A stretch of DNA of 64,000 bases from an uncultured Clostridia bacterium. Lineage in GTDB: Bacteria > Bacillota > Dehalobacteriia > UBA4068 > CALXSR01. The stretch lies in assembly GCA_944391215.1 (NCBI GenBank), contig CALXSR010000015.1, positions 16,776 to 80,775 of the forward strand. The letters are read 5' to 3'. Every line of letters starts with the position of its first letter. The stretch's first letter is position 1. The notes below the pieces were generated by a model. It made no database searches, had not been told where the DNA came from, and saw nothing but the letters and a program-made list of their open reading frames with translations. The position numbers and the translations under genes are program-made. Of the stretch, positions 49,278-59,478 are shown one piece after another.

Positions 49278-50137
49278 TATTTTTCCCCCTTCAGTAAAAA
49301 GACCATAATTTCTTCCAAGTCTACCTTGTCAATTACAAACTGCGGATATTTCTTTATCATACGCGATTTTTCTTTGACCAAAAGCTCATAACCAAAACCA
49401 GATTTCCGTACCCCAGCAATATCCTCCTGATCTATTTTATCCACATCCTGCAATCCACAACGCAACATACCATAGTACTCTAATAATTCATCTTTCGATT
49501 GATTTAAAAGAATTTTCCCATGATGGATAAACACAATATAATCGGCAATCCGCTCTAAATCGCTGGTAATATGGGTGGAAATTAAAATAGCATGTTCTTC
49601 ATCTTGAATAAAATCCAAAAACAAATCCAGTATTTCATTGCGTACCACCGGATCTAAGCCACTGGTAGGCTCATCTAAAATGAGCAATTTAGGATGATGC
49701 GCCATCGCCGCGGCAATCGCCAATTTCATGCGCATCCCTTTGGAGTATTCTTTTACTGATTTTTTCTCCGGCAGCTGGAATTTTGTTAAATAGGAAGCAA
49801 ACAAAGCGTCGTCCCAATTTTTATATACTTTTCCCAAAACACGCCCAATTTGTTGCGGAGTTAAGCCTTCATAAAAAAAACTGTCATCCAAAACAACACC
49901 GATCTCTTCTTTTATCCCCACTTCCGCATCGTCGATATCTTGCCCTAAAATATGAATATCCCCTTGCTCTCGATGGATTAAATTTAACATTAATTTAATT
50001 GTCGTAGTTTTCCCGGAACCATTTTCCCCAATAAAGCCCACAATACTGCCACCAGGTATAGAAAATCCTACATTTTTCAACTGAAAACCAGGATATGTTT
50101 TTACTAAATGGTTTATTTCCACCAATGGTGTCATCAC
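49277..50137 (-). CDS. ABC transporter ATP-binding protein
   Basis: GENGSGKTT, YSKGM, ILDEPTSGLD. Confidence 0.93.
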   Translation of the reverse strand: MMTPLVEINHLVKTYPGFQLKNVGFSIPGGSIVGFIGENGSGKTTTIKLMLNLIHREQGDIHILGQDIDDAEVGIKEEIGVVLDDSFFYEGLTPQQIGRVLGKVYKNWDDALFASYLTKFQLPEKKSVKEYSKGMRMKLAIAAAMAHHPKLLILDEPTSGLDPVVRNEILDLFLDFIQDEEHAILISTHITSDLERIADYIVFIHHGKILLNQSKDELLEYYGMLRCGLQDVDKIDQEDIAGVRKSGFGYELLVKEKSRMIKKYPQFVIDKVDLEEIMVFLLKGEK

Positions 50138-50511
50138 GCATCCTCCTCAAATAAAAGATTCAAAATCTCTTGTAATTCTTTTTTGCCAATACCGCTTTCT
50201 TTGGCAATCTCCACTGCTTTTTGCAAATAGCCTTCCGCCATATGTAATCTTTCTTCTTGAATCAAGGCCATATTAGCCCCAGCCACAAAACAACCTTTAC
50301 CGGCTACCGTAGCAATAAAACCGTCTTTTTCTAGCTCCTCATAAGCCCTTTTGGTTGTAATAACGCTAATCCGTAACTCTTTCGCCAATAAACGCATAGA
50401 AGGTAAACATTCTCCCTCTTTTAATGCACCACTTATAATCATGTTTTTAATCTGCCCCGCAATCTGTTCATAAATCGGCTTATCTGAGGAATAACTAATG
50501 ATAATATCCAC
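50134..50511 (-). CDS. GntR (YtrA subfamily) regulator
   Basis: PIYEQI, LPSMRLLAKEL.ISVITTKRAY; short C-terminus. Confidence 0.9.
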   Translation of the reverse strand: MDIIISYSSDKPIYEQIAGQIKNMIISGALKEGECLPSMRLLAKELRISVITTKRAYEELEKDGFIATVAGKGCFVAGANMALIQEERLHMAEGYLQKAVEIAKESGIGKKELQEILNLLFEEDA

Positions 50512-50527
50512 GCCATCACCTCGCCAT

Positions 50528-50577
50528 TACTGTATATATCATATATATACAGTATATCAACAAGATACACTTGTCAA
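50528..50577 (-). promoter_or_regulatory. Leftward promoter with YtrA-type operator
   Basis: TTGACA-17 bp-TACTGT; palindrome TACTGTATATAT-CAT-ATATATACAGTA (50528-50554). Confidence 0.75.
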
Positions 50578-50605
50578 TCTTTTTTTAAAATTTTTAAGAA
50601 AAAGG

Positions 50606-50658
50606 TTGACAAAGAAGAATCTCAACAGTATTATTGTATTAAGCACTTAATACAATAA
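50606..50658 (+). promoter_or_regulatory. Rightward promoter with YtrA-type operator
   Basis: TTGACA-17 bp-TATTAT; palindrome TTATTGTATTAAG-CA-CTTAATACAATAA (50631-50658). Confidence 0.78.
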
Positions 50659-50676
50659 GACAAAGGAGCTGAAAAA

Positions 50677-51045
50677 ATGAATTGGCAGTTTCAGGCCGAC
50701 CGGCCTATTTATACCCAACTAGTGGAACAAATACAGATGAGTATTATTGCCGGCACTTACCAGCCGGGAGAAAAATTGCCTTCGGTACGCGATTTAGCAG
50801 CCGAAGCGGCGGTAAATCCCAATACGATGCAAAAAGCATTGGCTGAATTAGAAAGAAGCGGCTTACTTTACGCGCAAAGAACCAGCGGAAGATTTATAAC
50901 GGAGGATAGCAAAATGATTCAAGAACTAAAAGACGAATTGGCCCTGCAACAAATTAAAGAATTTTTAGAAAAAATGAAAACATTGGGCTTTAATAGCAAC
51001 GAAACCATTGCAATGATGCAAACCGCCATTAAGGAGATGAAATAA
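50677..51045 (+). CDS. GntR (YtrA subfamily) regulator
   Basis: PIYTQL, LPSVRDLA...VNPNTMQKAL, RTSGRFIT. Confidence 0.9.
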   Translation: MNWQFQADRPIYTQLVEQIQMSIIAGTYQPGEKLPSVRDLAAEAAVNPNTMQKALAELERSGLLYAQRTSGRFITEDSKMIQELKDELALQQIKEFLEKMKTLGFNSNETIAMMQTAIKEMK

Positions 51046-51743
51046 TGGATACGATTTTAGAAGCTAGAAATTTAATAAAAAGTTATGGACAGCATACCGC
51101 TTTAAGCGGCGTAGATTTAACCTTACAACGCGGCCGACTGATTGGTTTACTAGGACCCAATGGCAGCGGCAAAACCACTTTAATTAAAATTGCAGCCGGT
51201 TTGCTCACCCCTACTGCTGGTGAAATCATGATAGATGGAAAAGCGCCCGGCATAGAAACAAAAAAAATTGTTTCTTATTTACCAGAACGAAGCTATTTAA
51301 ATGATTGGATGAAAGTAGCAGATATTATTGCCTTTTTTAAAGACTTTTATGAAAACTTTAACAGCGACAAAGCCTATGAAATGTTAAAAAGGCTCCACAT
51401 TAATCCGCAAGATAAGTTGCGTACCATGTCGAAAGGAACCAAAGAAAAAGTACAACTTATTTTAGTTATGAGCCGCGAAGCCGATTTATATTTACTGGAT
51501 GAACCAATCGGCGGCGTTGACCCGGCAGCACGGGATTATATTTTGCAAACCATCATCAGCAACTACAAAGAGGATGCCAGCGTAATGATATCAACTCATT
51601 TAATTGCTGATATTGAACAAGTTTTAGATGATGTGGTCTTTTTAAATTATGGTCAAATCGCTCTCGTTTCCTCAGTGGATGAAATCCGCGAAGAAAAAGG
51701 CCGTTCTATCGATTCTCTATTTCGGGAGGTATACAAATGTTAG
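51045..51743 (+). CDS. ABC transporter ATP-binding protein
   Basis: GPNGSGKTT, MSKGT, LLDEPIGGVD. Confidence 0.93.
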   Translation: MDTILEARNLIKSYGQHTALSGVDLTLQRGRLIGLLGPNGSGKTTLIKIAAGLLTPTAGEIMIDGKAPGIETKKIVSYLPERSYLNDWMKVADIIAFFKDFYENFNSDKAYEMLKRLHINPQDKLRTMSKGTKEKVQLILVMSREADLYLLDEPIGGVDPAARDYILQTIISNYKEDASVMISTHLIADIEQVLDDVVFLNYGQIALVSSVDEIREEKGRSIDSLFREVYKC

Positions 51744-52534
51744 GGAAATTATTAAAATACGAAATAAAAGCAACAGCCAGAACTTTTATCCCATTATATA
51801 TTGCGCTTCTCATTTTTGCGTTGATTAATCGCTTTTCCTTTGCCAATAATTTTATCAATAATACGTTAAGCGTTTTACCAGTCATCAGCGCAACTGTTTA
51901 CACGGCGTTAATCGTAGCCATTTTTGTTATTACTTTCCTAGTTATGATACAACGTTTTTATCGCAACCTATTATCCGATGAAGGATATTTAATGTTTACC
52001 TTGCCGGTAAAATCTTCCAGCCACATTTGGGCCAAAACCATAACATCATTACTTTGGATTTTAGCGAGCGGCCTCGTCACATTTTTATCCGTTCTTATTT
52101 TAGCAGCCGACCCCAGTTGGTTGGGTAGTTTCTGGAGCGATTTCCAACAAATGATGAATCTAATCCATTTGGAACTTGGCTTAAATGGTTATTTATTCCT
52201 TATTGAGTTTTTCTTATTGCTGTTAACCAGCGTTTGGAGCGGCATTGTTATGATTTATTTTTGCATTAGTATTGGCCATCGTTTTAGCTCTCATCGACTA
52301 TTAGCCGCTTTTGGAACATTCTTAGGCTTTAATGTCATTTTGCAACTATTATTCTCCATCTTTGGTCACGTAGGCATACAAGTATTTCATATTGACCAAT
52401 GGCTGCAAAATATGGAAGCCATTTCCGCTAGCCATACATTTTTACTGGGCAGCCTTTTAATAAACCTGGTAATTGGCATTTTCTGCTTCCTAGTTACCAA
52501 TAATATCCTAACCAAAAAGTTAAACTTGGATTAG
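51737..52534 (+). CDS. ABC transporter permease
   Basis: MLGKLLKYE, FYRNLLSDEGYLMFTLPV; about 6 TM helices. Confidence 0.85.
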   Translation: MLGKLLKYEIKATARTFIPLYIALLIFALINRFSFANNFINNTLSVLPVISATVYTALIVAIFVITFLVMIQRFYRNLLSDEGYLMFTLPVKSSSHIWAKTITSLLWILASGLVTFLSVLILAADPSWLGSFWSDFQQMMNLIHLELGLNGYLFLIEFFLLLLTSVWSGIVMIYFCISIGHRFSSHRLLAAFGTFLGFNVILQLLFSIFGHVGIQVFHIDQWLQNMEAISASHTFLLGSLLINLVIGIFCFLVTNNILTKKLNLD

Positions 52535-52560
52535 GATTTGAAATAGAGAAGGAATCCCCC

Positions 52561-52589
52561 AAACCCGGCTCAAATAGAGCCGGGTTTTC
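52561..52589 (+). terminator. Intrinsic terminator
   Basis: AAACCCGGCTC-loop-GAGCCGGGTTTT. Confidence 0.75.
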
Positions 52590-52631
52590 CTTGGCAAAAA
52601 ATACGTTTTTTGGTATAATATTTATAATAGA

Positions 52632-53024
52632 ATGGAAGAAAAGGAGAAGTTTTTTACTTTGCAATTTTTAAAGAAAAACTTGCTATTTTTGCTTGGCGCC
52701 ATTAGTTTGCTATTGGGTAGTATCGGAATCTTTTTACCGGTTATGCCAACGGTACCCTTTTTTCTTTTGTCCAGCGCCTGCTTTTCCTGCGCTAGTCCAA
52801 AAGTACATGCTTTGCTTATGAAAAATCATTATTTTGCCACTTACGTAAATAACTATCGTCATCAAACGGGCATTCCTGCCCATGTAAAAAAAAGAAGCAT
52901 TGGCTTGTTATGGGCAAGCTTGCTTCTTTCCATGGTTTTAGCCAGCCATACGATTGCCACCATAGTTTTACTTTTGGTGGGCATTGGCGTTACCTGGCAT
53001 TTATTAAGTTTAAAAACATGCTGA
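52632..53024 (+). CDS. YbaN/DUF454 membrane protein
   Basis: GIFLPVMPTVPFFLLS..CF. Confidence 0.85.
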   Translation: MEEKEKFFTLQFLKKNLLFLLGAISLLLGSIGIFLPVMPTVPFFLLSSACFSCASPKVHALLMKNHYFATYVNNYRHQTGIPAHVKKRSIGLLWASLLLSMVLASHTIATIVLLLVGIGVTWHLLSLKTC

Positions 53025-53026
53025 TT

Positions 53027-54667
53027 TTATTTTTCTTTTTTCCTTGCTTTGGGGCTTACCCTTGCATACTGACCGGCTTGCGTTTTCGAAATACGAAATG
53101 CAGCCGGTATATTTTTTATTTTACAGCGAGCCATTTTTTGCAATACTAATTTGCTGTCCGGCCCAGACATCTCGATGAAAGTATAATCCGGGAAAATATC
53201 AATATTGCCCACCGCTTTGGCAGGTAAACCAGTAACAGCAGTAATTGCTTGAATAATATGATTAGGCGCTAGTCTTTTGCTACGACCAATATTTAATTCT
53301 AAAACCACTCGATTACCGCCACGAGATCTTTTTTCTCCGCCCAAAGAAATGGGGTCCACCAAGGGAATTGCCTTTTGGTTCTTTTCGGCTCCTTTGCTTA
53401 ACAAAACGGCAACCAAATCCTCAATAGCATATTCCTCTTGCAACAAAGAACGCGACATTTCCAAATAAAAAGGATCTACAACCGAAGACAACGCTTCCTT
53501 TACATCTCGTAAAATATACTCTTTCCGGCTGTTCTCAATTTCGGTTACACTGGGCATTGCTGCAAAGGCGATCTTGGTATGCGCATGTTCTTCAATTTCA
53601 TGAATGCGTCGCAATTGATAACGATTGCAAACCAAGGTATAGGAACTGCCTTTTTTCCCAGCCCTGGCAGTACGACCAATCCGATGAATATAATATTCAT
53701 CTTCTTGTGGGATATCATAATTGAACACCGCATCAATATCTTCTACGTCAATGCCGCGAGCCGCGACATCAGTGGCTACCAAAATTTGGATACGACCATT
53801 TTTATAATCCTGCATAACCTGCGTTCTGGCCGCTTGGCGCATATCCCCATGCAAACCGATGCTATGAAACCCACATTCATTCAAATAGAAAACCAATTCA
53901 TCCACCATTTTTTTGGTATTACAAAACACAATGGAGCGTTTGGGATTCATTTTCTGTAAAAGTAGATTTAACGCTTCCTTTTTTTGCTCCACCGATACCG
54001 TATAATAAAATTGACTAATGGCATCCATGGAGCGTTGTCCTTTGCTAATGGCAATTAGTTGCGGATTTTTCTGAAATTGCTTGGTTATTTTTAAAATAGA
54101 AGCCGGCATTGTAGCTGAAAAAAGCAATGTTTGCCTTTCTTCCGGAACCCCCTGCAAAATAGTTTGCATATCTTCTAAAAAGCCCATATTTAACATTTCA
54201 TCCGCTTCGTCTAAAACAACGGTTTGTATCTCGTCCAACTTTAAAGTGCCCCGACGCATATGATCCATTACCCGTCCTGGCGTACCTACCACAATCGCCG
54301 AACCTTTTAGTTGCCGAATTTGGTTGATCATCGCTTCCCCGCCATAAACAGTGGCAATTTTAATTCCCTGCTTATATTTGGCATATTTACGCAATTCTCC
54401 ACTAATTTGCATCGCCAGTTCTCTTGTGGGGCAAAGAATTAAAACCTGCGGTTTTCTGCTTTCTTTTTGCTGCACTTTCTCTATAATTGGAATACCAAAA
54501 GCCGCTGTTTTGCCGGTACCAGTGCTAGAATGGCCTATCATATCACGGCCGGCTAAAATTGCCGGAATCGCCCCGGCTTGAATTTCCGTCATTTGCTCAT
54601 AATGCATATCCTGTATTGCTTTTTGCATTTCTATGGACAAATCAAAATCACAAAATAAATTGGTCAT
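53027..54667 (-). CDS. DEAD-box RNA helicase with C-terminal DbpA-type domain
   Basis: TGTGKT, PTRELA, DEAD, SAT, ARGID, HRIGRT. Confidence 0.93.
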   Translation of the reverse strand: MTNLFCDFDLSIEMQKAIQDMHYEQMTEIQAGAIPAILAGRDMIGHSSTGTGKTAAFGIPIIEKVQQKESRKPQVLILCPTRELAMQISGELRKYAKYKQGIKIATVYGGEAMINQIRQLKGSAIVVGTPGRVMDHMRRGTLKLDEIQTVVLDEADEMLNMGFLEDMQTILQGVPEERQTLLFSATMPASILKITKQFQKNPQLIAISKGQRSMDAISQFYYTVSVEQKKEALNLLLQKMNPKRSIVFCNTKKMVDELVFYLNECGFHSIGLHGDMRQAARTQVMQDYKNGRIQILVATDVAARGIDVEDIDAVFNYDIPQEDEYYIHRIGRTARAGKKGSSYTLVCNRYQLRRIHEIEEHAHTKIAFAAMPSVTEIENSRKEYILRDVKEALSSVVDPFYLEMSRSLLQEEYAIEDLVAVLLSKGAEKNQKAIPLVDPISLGGEKRSRGGNRVVLELNIGRSKRLAPNHIIQAITAVTGLPAKAVGNIDIFPDYTFIEMSGPDSKLVLQKMARCKIKNIPAAFRISKTQAGQYARVSPKARKKEK

Positions 54668-54771
54668 AAATATTCTTTATCTTCTTTCCTTTAAAAAAAG
54701 GCTAGGATAAAATCCTCGCCTTTCTCATTCTTTTTTATTAACGTGATAATAACTAATTCATTTTAACAGAA

Positions 54772-56466
54772 TCAGATCATTTCGTCAATGAGCGGTATTT
54801 TTACGGTTATGGTCGTCCCTACATTTTCCGTACTTTGCAAAACAATTTCTGCATTATGGCATTCCGCCACATGTTTTACAATGGACAACCCTAACCCGCT
54901 ACCGCCGGTTTCCTTTGCCCTACTTTGATCCACCCGATAAAAGCGCTCAAACACTCTTTGCTGATCCTTATTTGGGATACCTCTTCCCGTATCAGCCACT
55001 TTCACAATGGCGAACTCTTTCTGCTGGCCAATTTCTACCTCCACTTGTCCACCATTGCGATTATAACGAATGGCATTGTCAACCAAATTATAAAGCAATT
55101 CTTCCATCATGCGGCGATTTGCAGCCAAAGGACAACTTTGCCCATGCAACTGCAAAAGCACTTCCTTCTGCTGCGCCTGAAACTGCAAATGTTCCGTAAC
55201 CCCCTTGGCAATTTCATATAAATCAATTTTTTCTTTCGGAATATTGGTAGCCGTGTCAATTTGCGAAAGATGAATAATATCATTGATCATTTCCAAAAGC
55301 CTTTGCGATTCATCATATATTTTATGGGCAAAATGCCTCATCTCTTTTTTATCGTCTACCATCCCATTTTGCATCATTTCCGCAAAGCCAGAAATGGAAG
55401 TTAAAGGAGTTTTTAATTCATGAGAAACATTAGCGGAAAAATCTCGCCGTGCTTTGGCGGCTGCCTGCTCTTTGGTAATATCAATCAGCAAAACAATAAC
55501 CCCAATTTTTTCTTCTTGGGAGTATACCGGATTAGCAAAAATTTGACAGTACGTCCCATTCTCTTGTAAAACAACATTTTGACCATCATTTTGCATCGCC
55601 GCTTCTATTGTTTGCACAAATTGCGGGTTACGGCTCACCAATAGGATATTTCTCCCCTCATATTCTTCTTGCGGAGCATGTAACAAATCAATTGCACCAT
55701 GATTAATGGAAAGCACATTTTTATCTTTATCTAATAAAATAAGGCCCTCTTTCATATGTTCGGTAATGGTATGAATGGTATCGCGTTCCGTACGCAATTT
55801 CCCCATTTGTTTTTGGATTAACTGGTTTTGCTCCCTTATTTTGGCAATAAAAGGAAAAAACTCTTCATCATAATCATAGGAATCCGCTTGTTCCATATGA
55901 TCCGCCAATTCATACATCGGCTGCAAAATCCGTTTCGTTAAATAAGAAGAAACAAAAACCGCCGCTAATAAAATGCAAATTAATAATCCTAATAATAAAG
56001 GCGAAATTGCAAAGAAAATAGCAGCAATACCATCCGTTTCTCTCGCTAAACGTAAAATATGCCCATTGGGTAATTTTTCCGCATAATAAAACGTTTTGGT
56101 TTGCAGGGTTTCCGAATAACGGGCTTGCTGACCAGTCCCATTTTGCATGGCCTCCTGCACTTCCGGACGATCTTTATGGTTTATAAAATCAAGAATTCCC
56201 TTTTGTGAATCATAAAGCACATCACCGTTGTCCGCAAGTAAAGTAATACGAACACCTGCAAAAGTACCTTCTAAATTAGATAAGAAAGCAACGTCACCGG
56301 AGGGGTGAAAAGCGGCTGCTTGCGCCAAAACTTTTCCTTCACTCGCCAAATCCACTTTGGCTTGTTCCGAAAATACGTTAAAATAAGAAAACATCAAAAA
56401 AAGAAAGGAACAAATAACGGCAGCGGAGGCAGTAAAAACCAGGCTAAAATAAATCCTTTTTTTCAA
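54772..56466 (-). CDS. phoR: Phosphate regulon sensor kinase
   Basis: Two TM, PAS, ANVSHELKTPLTSI, FERFYRVD, GGSGLGL; in pst-phoU cluster. Confidence 0.88.
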   Translation of the reverse strand: MKKRIYFSLVFTASAAVICSFLFLMFSYFNVFSEQAKVDLASEGKVLAQAAAFHPSGDVAFLSNLEGTFAGVRITLLADNGDVLYDSQKGILDFINHKDRPEVQEAMQNGTGQQARYSETLQTKTFYYAEKLPNGHILRLARETDGIAAIFFAISPLLLGLLICILLAAVFVSSYLTKRILQPMYELADHMEQADSYDYDEEFFPFIAKIREQNQLIQKQMGKLRTERDTIHTITEHMKEGLILLDKDKNVLSINHGAIDLLHAPQEEYEGRNILLVSRNPQFVQTIEAAMQNDGQNVVLQENGTYCQIFANPVYSQEEKIGVIVLLIDITKEQAAAKARRDFSANVSHELKTPLTSISGFAEMMQNGMVDDKKEMRHFAHKIYDESQRLLEMINDIIHLSQIDTATNIPKEKIDLYEIAKGVTEHLQFQAQQKEVLLQLHGQSCPLAANRRMMEELLYNLVDNAIRYNRNGGQVEVEIGQQKEFAIVKVADTGRGIPNKDQQRVFERFYRVDQSRAKETGGSGLGLSIVKHVAECHNAEIVLQSTENVGTTITVKIPLIDEMI

Positions 56467-56470
56467 GAAA

Positions 56471-57151
56471 CTAGCCTCCAATCTTGTAGCCAACGCCCCG
56501 AACAGTTTGAATGGCCTTACCCATGGTCCCTAATTTTTGTCGCAAGGATTTTATATGCATATCTACAGTACGGCTTTCCCCTTCAAAGTCAAAACCCCAA
56601 ACTTTTTCCATAATTTTATCCCGTGACAAAACAATCCCTTGATTTTGCAACAAACAATATAATAATTCAAACTCTTTATACGTTAAACTGATTTTTTCAT
56701 TTTGGGCTATAACCAAACGCCGATCCGGATCCAAAGTTAAATCCCCATAGGATAGCACATGTTCCGCATTTTGTCCCTGCGATCGGCGCAACAATGCTTT
56801 CACCCGGGAAATGAGTTCCATAACCCCAAAAGGTTTGGCAATATAATCATCCGCCCCCATATCCAACCCTTTTACCTTATCATATTCGGATGTTTTGGCT
56901 GTTAACATAATAACAGGAATCTGTCCTGTATGGGGATTTTCTCTTAGCTCTTTTAAAATTTGCAATCCATCCGTCCCCGGCAACATAATATCCAATAAAA
57001 CGCAATCCGGCTTTTTTGTCTGGAGAGCAACAAAAAAGGAAGGAGCAGCAGAAAAACCTTCTGCAGCAAAGCCGCTTCCTTTTAAAGCGTATAAAACTAA
57101 TTCCCGGATACTTTCATCATCTTCTACACAATAAATGGTCTGCATTACCAT
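56471..57151 (-). CDS. phoP: Phosphate regulon response regulator
   Basis: VEDD, LDIMLP, SRTVDMHI, TVRGVGY; follows phoU. Confidence 0.88.
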   Translation of the reverse strand: MVMQTIYCVEDDESIRELVLYALKGSGFAAEGFSAAPSFFVALQTKKPDCVLLDIMLPGTDGLQILKELRENPHTGQIPVIMLTAKTSEYDKVKGLDMGADDYIAKPFGVMELISRVKALLRRSQGQNAEHVLSYGDLTLDPDRRLVIAQNEKISLTYKEFELLYCLLQNQGIVLSRDKIMEKVWGFDFEGESRTVDMHIKSLRQKLGTMGKAIQTVRGVGYKIGG

Positions 57152-57163
57152 TGATATCACCTA

Positions 57164-57829
57164 CTACATGATTCTTTCGTTTTTGTGTTCCCCAGTAATA
57201 GAAAAGACAACCCATTCGGCAATATTCACGGCATGGTCGCCAATCCGTTCAAAATATTTAGCTACCATCAATAAATCGATTGCTTGCTCCCCATTATTCA
57301 CATCTTCATGAATCATATGAATCAAATCATTTTTTACAGTATTGAATAAATCATCCACCACGTCATCATAAGCAATCACATCATATGCCATATCCAAATC
57401 CCGGCGGATAAAAGCATCAATACTACCTTTTACCATATGAATCGTCCCAGTCGCCATTTTAGGGATATCGATGAGTTTTTTAATATATGGAACATCAATC
57501 AAACGGATCGTAATTTCAGCAATATCGCTGGCCTGATCGCCAATTCGTTCCATATCGGTAATCATTTTCAAAGCGGTAGAAATCATACGCAAGTCGGTTG
57601 CCACCGGTTGCTGCTGCAATAAAAGTTTCAAACAACGCCGTTCAATGGCTTTTTCCTTTTCATCCACTTCTTGCTCAAAAAGCATGGTTTGTTTCGCTTT
57701 TCCCATGTTTTTTTCTGTTAACCCCTCCACGCAGCTAACAATAGCGCTTTCAATTAAAGAACCCATTTCAATCAGTTCCACATGCAAAGCTTCTAATTCT
57801 TTATCAAATCTACTTCTCAATTTTAACAC
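57164..57829 (-). CDS. phoU: Phosphate signalling protein PhoU
   Basis: QQPVATDLR, DMERIGD, ERIGDHAVNIAEW. Confidence 0.95.
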   Translation of the reverse strand: MLKLRSRFDKELEALHVELIEMGSLIESAIVSCVEGLTEKNMGKAKQTMLFEQEVDEKEKAIERRCLKLLLQQQPVATDLRMISTALKMITDMERIGDQASDIAEITIRLIDVPYIKKLIDIPKMATGTIHMVKGSIDAFIRRDLDMAYDVIAYDDVVDDLFNTVKNDLIHMIHEDVNNGEQAIDLLMVAKYFERIGDHAVNIAEWVVFSITGEHKNERIM

Positions 57830-57832
57830 CCC

Positions 57833-58591
57833 TTAACCAAAACGACCGGTAATATAGTCTTCCGTCCTTTTATCCTTTGGCATAGAAAACAGCTCTTCCG
57901 TTCCGTTATACTCAATCACTTCTCCCAATAGGAAAAAGGCAGTTTTATCAGAAATTCTAGTTGCCTGCTGCATATTATGCGTTACAATCACAATGGTATA
58001 TTTTTGTTTTAATTCTAATACCAAATCCTCTATTTTGGAAGTAGAAATCGGGTCTAAGGCAGAGGTCGGCTCATCCATTAAAAGAACTTCCGGCGCAACC
58101 GCTAAGGCCCTGGCAATGCAAAGCCGTTGCTGTTGGCCTCCAGATAAACCCAAAGCGCTTTTTTTTAAGCGATCCTTCACTTCATCCCAAATCGCCGCAT
58201 CCTTCAAACTTTGTTCCACAATATCATCCAACTGCGATTTTAGCTTAACCCCATGCGTACGGGGACCAAATGCAATATTATCATAAACGCTCATCGGAAA
58301 AGGATTTGGTTTTTGAAAAACCATCCCTACCTTTTTACGTAGTAAATTTACATCCATGGCGCTATAAATATTTTCTCCATCTAATAGCACTTCTCCTTGG
58401 ATACGGCAGCCTTCTACCAAATCGTTCATGCGGTTTAAACATTTCAGCAAGGTAGATTTCCCGCAGCCAGAAGGGCCAATAAAGGCCGTAATACACTGGT
58501 CTTCTATATTTAAATTAACATTTTTTAAGGCATGAAAATCATGATAATATAAATTCAAGTTGTTAATTGTAAATTTGTCCATCTTCTTCAT
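57833..58591 (-). CDS. pstB: Phosphate ABC transporter ATPase
   Basis: [36 protein letters not shown]. Confidence 0.96.
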   Translation of the reverse strand: MKKMDKFTINNLNLYYHDFHALKNVNLNIEDQCITAFIGPSGCGKSTLLKCLNRMNDLVEGCRIQGEVLLDGENIYSAMDVNLLRKKVGMVFQKPNPFPMSVYDNIAFGPRTHGVKLKSQLDDIVEQSLKDAAIWDEVKDRLKKSALGLSGGQQQRLCIARALAVAPEVLLMDEPTSALDPISTSKIEDLVLELKQKYTIVIVTHNMQQATRISDKTAFFLLGEVIEYNGTEELFSMPKDKRTEDYITGRFG

Positions 58592-58602
58592 CCTTTATCC
58601 TT

Positions 58603-59478
58603 TTATCCTTTGGCCAATTTTTTGGCCAAAAACGCTGAAATTGCATTGATGAGGAAAACCAATAATAACAGTATCACAGCAGTAGCATATGCCTGGTCGG
58701 TATTCAACCCTTCTCTTGATAAAGAATACATATGCACAGAAAGGGTTCTAGCAGAGCCCATAATACCAGAAAGCAGCTGGGGCCAAGTACCGGCCGTATA
58801 AATCAAAGCGGCTGTTTCGCCAACAATACGGCCAATCGCTAAAATAATACCGGCTAAAATACCCGGCACGGCTGACGGTAATACAATGCGGAAAATAGTT
58901 CTCAATTTACCTGCGCCCAAACCAAAACTGGCTTCTCGATATAAATCCGGAACGGCTTGTAAAGCTTCTTCTGTGGAACGGATAATTAAAGGCAATATCA
59001 TAATCGAAATCGTAAACGCCCCAGCTAATAGGGATTGTCCCCAATGCAATGTAGTGACAAAAAACAAAAGGCCAAAAAGGCCGTACACAATAGAAGGAAT
59101 ACCGGATAATGTTTCAGCCGTTAAACGAATCAGTTCCACTACCTTACTACCGCGTTTGGCATATTCCACCAAATATATAGCGGTGAAAATACCCAATGGC
59201 GCCGCAATCAACAAAGATAACAATGCTAAAGCAACCGTATTGATGATAGCCGGAAACATAGAAACATTATCCGAATTATATTTTAAAGCGAATAAGGAAG
59301 GTGTTAAATGCGGTAAACCTTTGATTAAAATATAAATAATCAAAAAAAGCAAAATAGCAAAAGTTGCAATAGCAGCCAAATTAACCAATAAAAAAAGAAG
59401 AAAAGACCCGGGATGTTTGCGATAGCTATGATATTTTTGCCTGAAGTTCATTTGATTAATACTCGACTGTTGGCGCAT
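58603..59478 (-). CDS. pstA: Phosphate ABC transporter permease
   Basis: AIYLVEYA, IPSIVYGLFG, RIVGETA. Confidence 0.94.
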   Translation of the reverse strand: MRQQSSINQMNFRQKYHSYRKHPGSFLLFLLVNLAAIATFAILLFLIIYILIKGLPHLTPSLFALKYNSDNVSMFPAIINTVALALLSLLIAAPLGIFTAIYLVEYAKRGSKVVELIRLTAETLSGIPSIVYGLFGLLFFVTTLHWGQSLLAGAFTISIMILPLIIRSTEEALQAVPDLYREASFGLGAGKLRTIFRIVLPSAVPGILAGIILAIGRIVGETAALIYTAGTWPQLLSGIMGSARTLSVHMYSLSREGLNTDQAYATAVILLLLVFLINAISAFLAKKLAKG

